From NCBI GenBank assembly GCA_039818205.1, contig JBCBUK010000001.1:448001-512000 (forward strand): a stretch of 64,000 bases of DNA, in the 5' to 3' direction. Every line of letters begins with the position of its first letter. Positions within the stretch are counted from its first letter, which is position 1. The notes below the pieces were generated by a model, which was not told the origin of the DNA, did no database searches, and saw only the letters and a list, made by a program, of their open reading frames with translations. This DNA is from Verrucomicrobiota bacterium (GTDB lineage Bacteria; Verrucomicrobiota; Verrucomicrobiia; Opitutales; Cerasicoccaceae). Below are positions 61,201-64,000 of this stretch, in pieces. A program made the translations under genes and the position numbers.

Positions 61201-61766
61201 GACGACAACTCTCTCTCGTTGTCCAGCTCACCGTTGACATAAACCCGCATCGTTTGCCCATCGAAGGTACCCACGATGTGTTCCCATCGACCATTCGGCC
61301 AGGTCTTGTGTTTTGTGCTTAGCTTTTGCTCCTTACCATCGACCCAGATCGAGAAGGTGACTGATTTGCTGCGGTCAAAATAGAGTGCATAGGCACCCTG
61401 CTTGCGAATAATCACTGGAGTTTGCGCATAGCGCGGATTCCAGACCTTGACCCAAGTTTCAAGGGTTAACCCATCGCTCACATCAAGACTGTCATCATCC
61501 TCAACTTTGACCCATCCCTGCCAGTTAATCTGCAGAGAGGCGTTGTGAACGCCATTAATCCAGCGAACCTCGCTCGCCTGACCGGTATTGTCGTTGCCCG
61601 AACTATCGGAAACTTGCAACTCAGCTCCATCGTCTAGTCGCCAATGCGCGCGAAGATCTTCAATCTCCTCGTTCGGAGTTTCTGCCAAGGCCGGGACAAT
61701 ACCCAACAAAATTAGGCAGCTTTGGAATAGGAATTTTGTCATACGAGATTTCGACATGAGGTTCAT
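58272..61766 (-). CDS. Secreted multidomain FAD-dependent oxidoreductase (LamG + CBM-like + FAD_oxidored + F5/8-like)
   Basis: Signal peptide; LamG; VVVGGGVAG..AAARNG..DRPMLGGN; DCTGDG; KRETRRLVGD; IPFRMLYS; RIYEVRAY. Confidence 0.88.
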   Translation of the reverse strand: MNLMSKSRMTKFLFQSCLILLGIVPALAETPNEEIEDLRAHWRLDDGAELQVSDSSGNDNTGQASEVRWINGVHNASLQINWQGWVKVEDDDSLDVSDGLTLETWVKVWNPRYAQTPVIIRKQGAYALYFDRSKSVTFSIWVDGKEQKLSTKHKTWPNGRWEHIVGTFDGQTMRVYVNGELDNERELSSPKSISNSKSPLYLGSLNRRMPLSGTLDEVIVAGAPRSAEAIYDSHESGRFEIERAQSRFTSFYNKSSKRTPKEVVDGYLWIDAEDFQDYGGWWMDTQFVPQMGSPFLLAAGIGYPVEDATTSVDIDQAGDYRLWVRSRNWLPEHTPGKFEVVIGGDKSNTVFGTDETDDWVWQDGGTFNLEKGELAIAIKDLTGYYGRCDALLLTRDLSYEPPTELASYKAERDRLTGKETDIAFMGDFDVVVVGGGVAGTNAAIAAARNGAKTALIQDRPMLGGNNSAELGVPVLGPADFGQKNARESGLNEEIGRYQSFNFLSKWSTASQKIAEKEENLTLFLNTHVYDAEMDGNTIVGVRAFDMITAKLTRYTGKIFIDCTGDGWLGYYAGAEYMFGREAKDTFGESNAPDKADDITMSGSLFQGSVLGYNTKDTGEPYDMDSPEWLWDLSYNTKNLEARKGYENTYKSGTWWHENRGDVDDLWDPESARDGLIRVSLSYMNWIKTDSNKADNVARNRKIIALPVTNAKRETRRLVGDHILTQDEVLEATIFPDRIATGGWGLDIHHPDGIFSTEGPFDFNTHTPMYSIPFRMLYSKNISNLMFAGRDVSCSRVALGTVRVQGTTGVMGQAVGTAAAMCAKYDTNPRGIYEKHITELQQELLKDDQYIIKLKNEDPNDLALKAKISASSSDVQEGFSKEDVVAMDKSHPLNTRRAMMFGAGELSQIDSVSVLLESTNSDETEVTLDLQLAAEYGNFEWIDDLASADALVPANGRTWVTFEFNQPVSSKFLKISMDAHDGISWVMMENGPISAGRAYYDAAQERWNPVQGEYYAFHLGVPINPNPAYSPSNVISGVSRIVDGATNMWKSDATLPMPQWLEVDFGSPEKLNSIYLTFDTNVNQAKHQTWEFKDTDRMVPESVRDYEIFYEDGDGWVSLGKTEDNYQRRRIHRFSEVETSKFRVVVNQTNGDKAARIYEVRAYNE

Positions 61767-61804
61767 ATAGATAAATGACTAAATTTAGTTGAGAGGCTCT
61801 TGCG

Positions 61805-63211
61805 CTATTTCTTAGCTTTCCGCGCCGCAGCTAGCTCTCTTGCTCTTTGATTCAATGGCTCCGGCAACGAATCAACAAAGGCACCATACTTCTTCATCAA
61901 CCGGTCAACCAATTCGGGCTGTTGCTTCGCGTGATCCGTGGACTCTCCGATATCATCGGCTAGATTGTAGAGCCAATGCATATCTTGCCAAACGAGAAGC
62001 TTCCAATCGCCGTCGACCACCGCTCCAGAGTCGTCGTGATACCAGTAGAGCGTCTCATGAGGAGCACCCGTTTGCTCTCCAGACAAATAGGGCATCAGGT
62101 CGACACCATCAAGCTGGGTCGTGTCAGGGACGGCTCCATCCGCCGCGGCGAGAAATGTTGGATAGAAATCAAGTGTGCTCACCGCCTCGTCGTAAACCTG
62201 ACCGCCCTCGATCTGGTCTGGCCAACGCATAATAAACGGAACCCGGTTGCCGCCTTCAAAGTTGGATCCCTTATGGCCGCGTAGTGGGCCATTGCTTCCA
62301 AGGAGCTCCCGTGGCCAATCTTCTGGCCACAAGACGTTGTAAGCAAAGGTTGCTCCATTGTCGCTGGCGAAGGCAACGATCGTATCTTCAGCAAGTCCAA
62401 GGCGGTCCAAGGCCTCAAGCACCTTGCCGATATTCTCATCCATAGATATCAGCATAGCGCCGTAAAGTTTGGTTGCTTCAGTCTCGAGGTGGGCAACCTC
62501 AGGCTGGTGGCTAATTTTTGCCTGCATCGGACTATGAGGGGCATTGAATGCCAGGTAGAAGAAGAATGGATCGTCCTTGTGCTCCTCAATAAACTCAACT
62601 GCCTGCCTACCGAGGCGATCGGTTAGATATTCATCCCCCTCGCGCTCTGGGCCCCAAAGTATTCGCTTATGGCCACCTCGTGCATTTGGTTCATCGACGC
62701 CGTTGTAGGTGCCATCCTCGTTCGGGAAATACTCACCACCAAACGCCATGATCGACTGATACTCGTCAAAGGTGGTATTCGGATAGCAAGGCATGTTCGA
62801 CTTCCCAACCATACCCGTAACGTAGCCATTGGCGCTCAAAGCCTGATTCACCAGCAATTGTCCCTTGGGAATGCGATTATCAGTCAAAGTCTCTGTCTTA
62901 CCGTTCCTCAGGTCACTCCATGTATCTGGGTTCCACTGAACACCAAGTTTCTGCTGATACATCCCAGTCAATAGACCAAACCGACTGGGGCCACACGCGG
63001 ATGCAGTCACGTATCCCTGGGTGAATCGAACGCCTTCCTCTGCCAATCGGTCGATGTTTGGCGTCGGGACCAAATTGTCATATCCGTAACAACCAGCGTC
63101 ACCATACCCCATATCATCAGCGTAGATCAGGATGATATTGGGCTTTCGAGCCGATGCCACGGACAACAGAATAACTGAAAAGGCGATTAGAAAGAATCTC
63201 ATAGGTTTCAA
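61805..63211 (-). CDS. Sulfatase (S1, Cys-type)
   Basis: Signal peptide; [32 protein letters not shown]. Start TTG 63211 or ATG 63202. Confidence 0.93.
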   Translation of the reverse strand: MKPMRFFLIAFSVILLSVASARKPNIILIYADDMGYGDAGCYGYDNLVPTPNIDRLAEEGVRFTQGYVTASACGPSRFGLLTGMYQQKLGVQWNPDTWSDLRNGKTETLTDNRIPKGQLLVNQALSANGYVTGMVGKSNMPCYPNTTFDEYQSIMAFGGEYFPNEDGTYNGVDEPNARGGHKRILWGPEREGDEYLTDRLGRQAVEFIEEHKDDPFFFYLAFNAPHSPMQAKISHQPEVAHLETEATKLYGAMLISMDENIGKVLEALDRLGLAEDTIVAFASDNGATFAYNVLWPEDWPRELLGSNGPLRGHKGSNFEGGNRVPFIMRWPDQIEGGQVYDEAVSTLDFYPTFLAAADGAVPDTTQLDGVDLMPYLSGEQTGAPHETLYWYHDDSGAVVDGDWKLLVWQDMHWLYNLADDIGESTDHAKQQPELVDRLMKKYGAFVDSLPEPLNQRARELAAARKAKK

Positions 63212-63684
63212 ATGCGGTAAGAAATAACGGGTAACTATAGTCTATTTCAACGGGCAATCATATCCTTTGTTGCTATAAAAAGATATAAACCAATTGGACT
63301 AGATAACCTTATTTCGAAGCGAACGAGCTGACCTTTTCGTCTCCGCAACCCGTGACACTCCATGCTTCAAGTAGAATATTTCGATTAGGCTATTCCAATA
63401 CTGCAATAAACTGACGGGCTTTCTAAACGACCCGACTCGAATGAATGGAAACAATATAACACCAAGAATCTCTACCGAATAGTTCCAAATGCGTATAACA
63501 GATATACATTCACGCCACTCCCAAATCATACCCAGCATCGAGCATAACAAAACCGACCATTTCTCGAATCATCGAGGACACAAGTGAATCAACAAGATTT
63601 CCACAGCTTATCCATTAACCAAAAATAACACAAACAGGACCTGGATAACTAATTCATCAGATCACCAAACGGGCTTACACCACC

Positions 63685-63999
63685 TCATGGTCGCACACTA
63701 GGCGGATGCCCAAAATGCGCCTTATACGCACGACTGAAATCATTGAAATGATGATATCCAAGGAGGAAAGCGACTTCCTTTACCTGCATCCCCCGTTCAT
63801 TCAACATGCGCGCAGCATGATCCATGCGCAGACAATGAAAGAAATCTGCCGGACTTCGATTAGTGGCTGCCTTGAACAATCGATACAGCGATGACTGGGA
63901 AACATCCAGATAGTCACACAAACGAGCAATCGGCTCCTTACTATCTAGGTGCGTCTTCATCCATTGTTGCGCCTGCTGAAACCGCTTCTCACTCTGGTC
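63685..63999 (-). CDS. AraC-family regulator, C-terminal HTH (5'-truncated by window edge)
   Basis: Frame open to window end; SLYRLF..SP..RM..A..VKEVAFLLGY..FSRAYK.HFG.PPS. Confidence 0.9.
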   Translation of the reverse strand, partial: DQSEKRFQQAQQWMKTHLDSKEPIARLCDYLDVSQSSLYRLFKAATNRSPADFFHCLRMDHAARMLNERGMQVKEVAFLLGYHHFNDFSRAYKAHFGHPPSVRP

Positions 64000-64000
64000 A

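Noticed and set aside
63299..63550. 83-aa minus-strand ORF in AT-rich gap
   Set aside because: No motif, atypical composition; likely promoter DNA.

Overview
Gene-dense bacterial chromosome segment. The gene families (PSCyt/PSD cytochrome proteins, DUF1501/DUF1552, gvs-type ECF sigmas, many sulfatases) suggest a marine PVC-superphylum polysaccharide degrader, probably Verrucomicrobiota (inference). Order: end of an imuB-dnaE2 mutagenesis cassette (1-3670); two secreted non-catalytic modular proteins and a small TIGR03643-like gene (4.2-9.2 kb); a tandem-SGNH protein; a ~21 kb block with two paralogous ECF sigma/FecR-LamG anti-sigma pairs, each divergent from a DUF2231+c-type-cytochrome gene and linked to a DUF1592/DUF1552 or DUF1553/DUF1501/NHL module, with a sugar ABC transporter between them (11.2-31.9 kb); a GntR-linked acid-sugar cassette with TctABC, an aldose-dehydrogenase-like protein, a lactonase, an atypical IPMDH-family enzyme, otnK, otnC and an LsrG-like gene but no otnI/ltnD/denD (31.9-41.5 kb); a Tat dehydrogenase + DUF1080 pair; and a sulfated-galactan-type locus (GH86-like enzyme, 5-bladed GH, five Cys-type sulfatases, SSS symporter, XylR/AraC regulators, large secreted FAD protein) to the end. 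No rRNA, tRNA, CRISPR or transposase was seen. Best candidates for undescribed biology: (1) the acid-sugar cassette, and (2) the duplicated ECF/cytochrome module, which has a TGTCY-N16-YGNTAT promoter-like motif before all four divergent genes. All family calls come from reading motifs by eye; no database searches were run.
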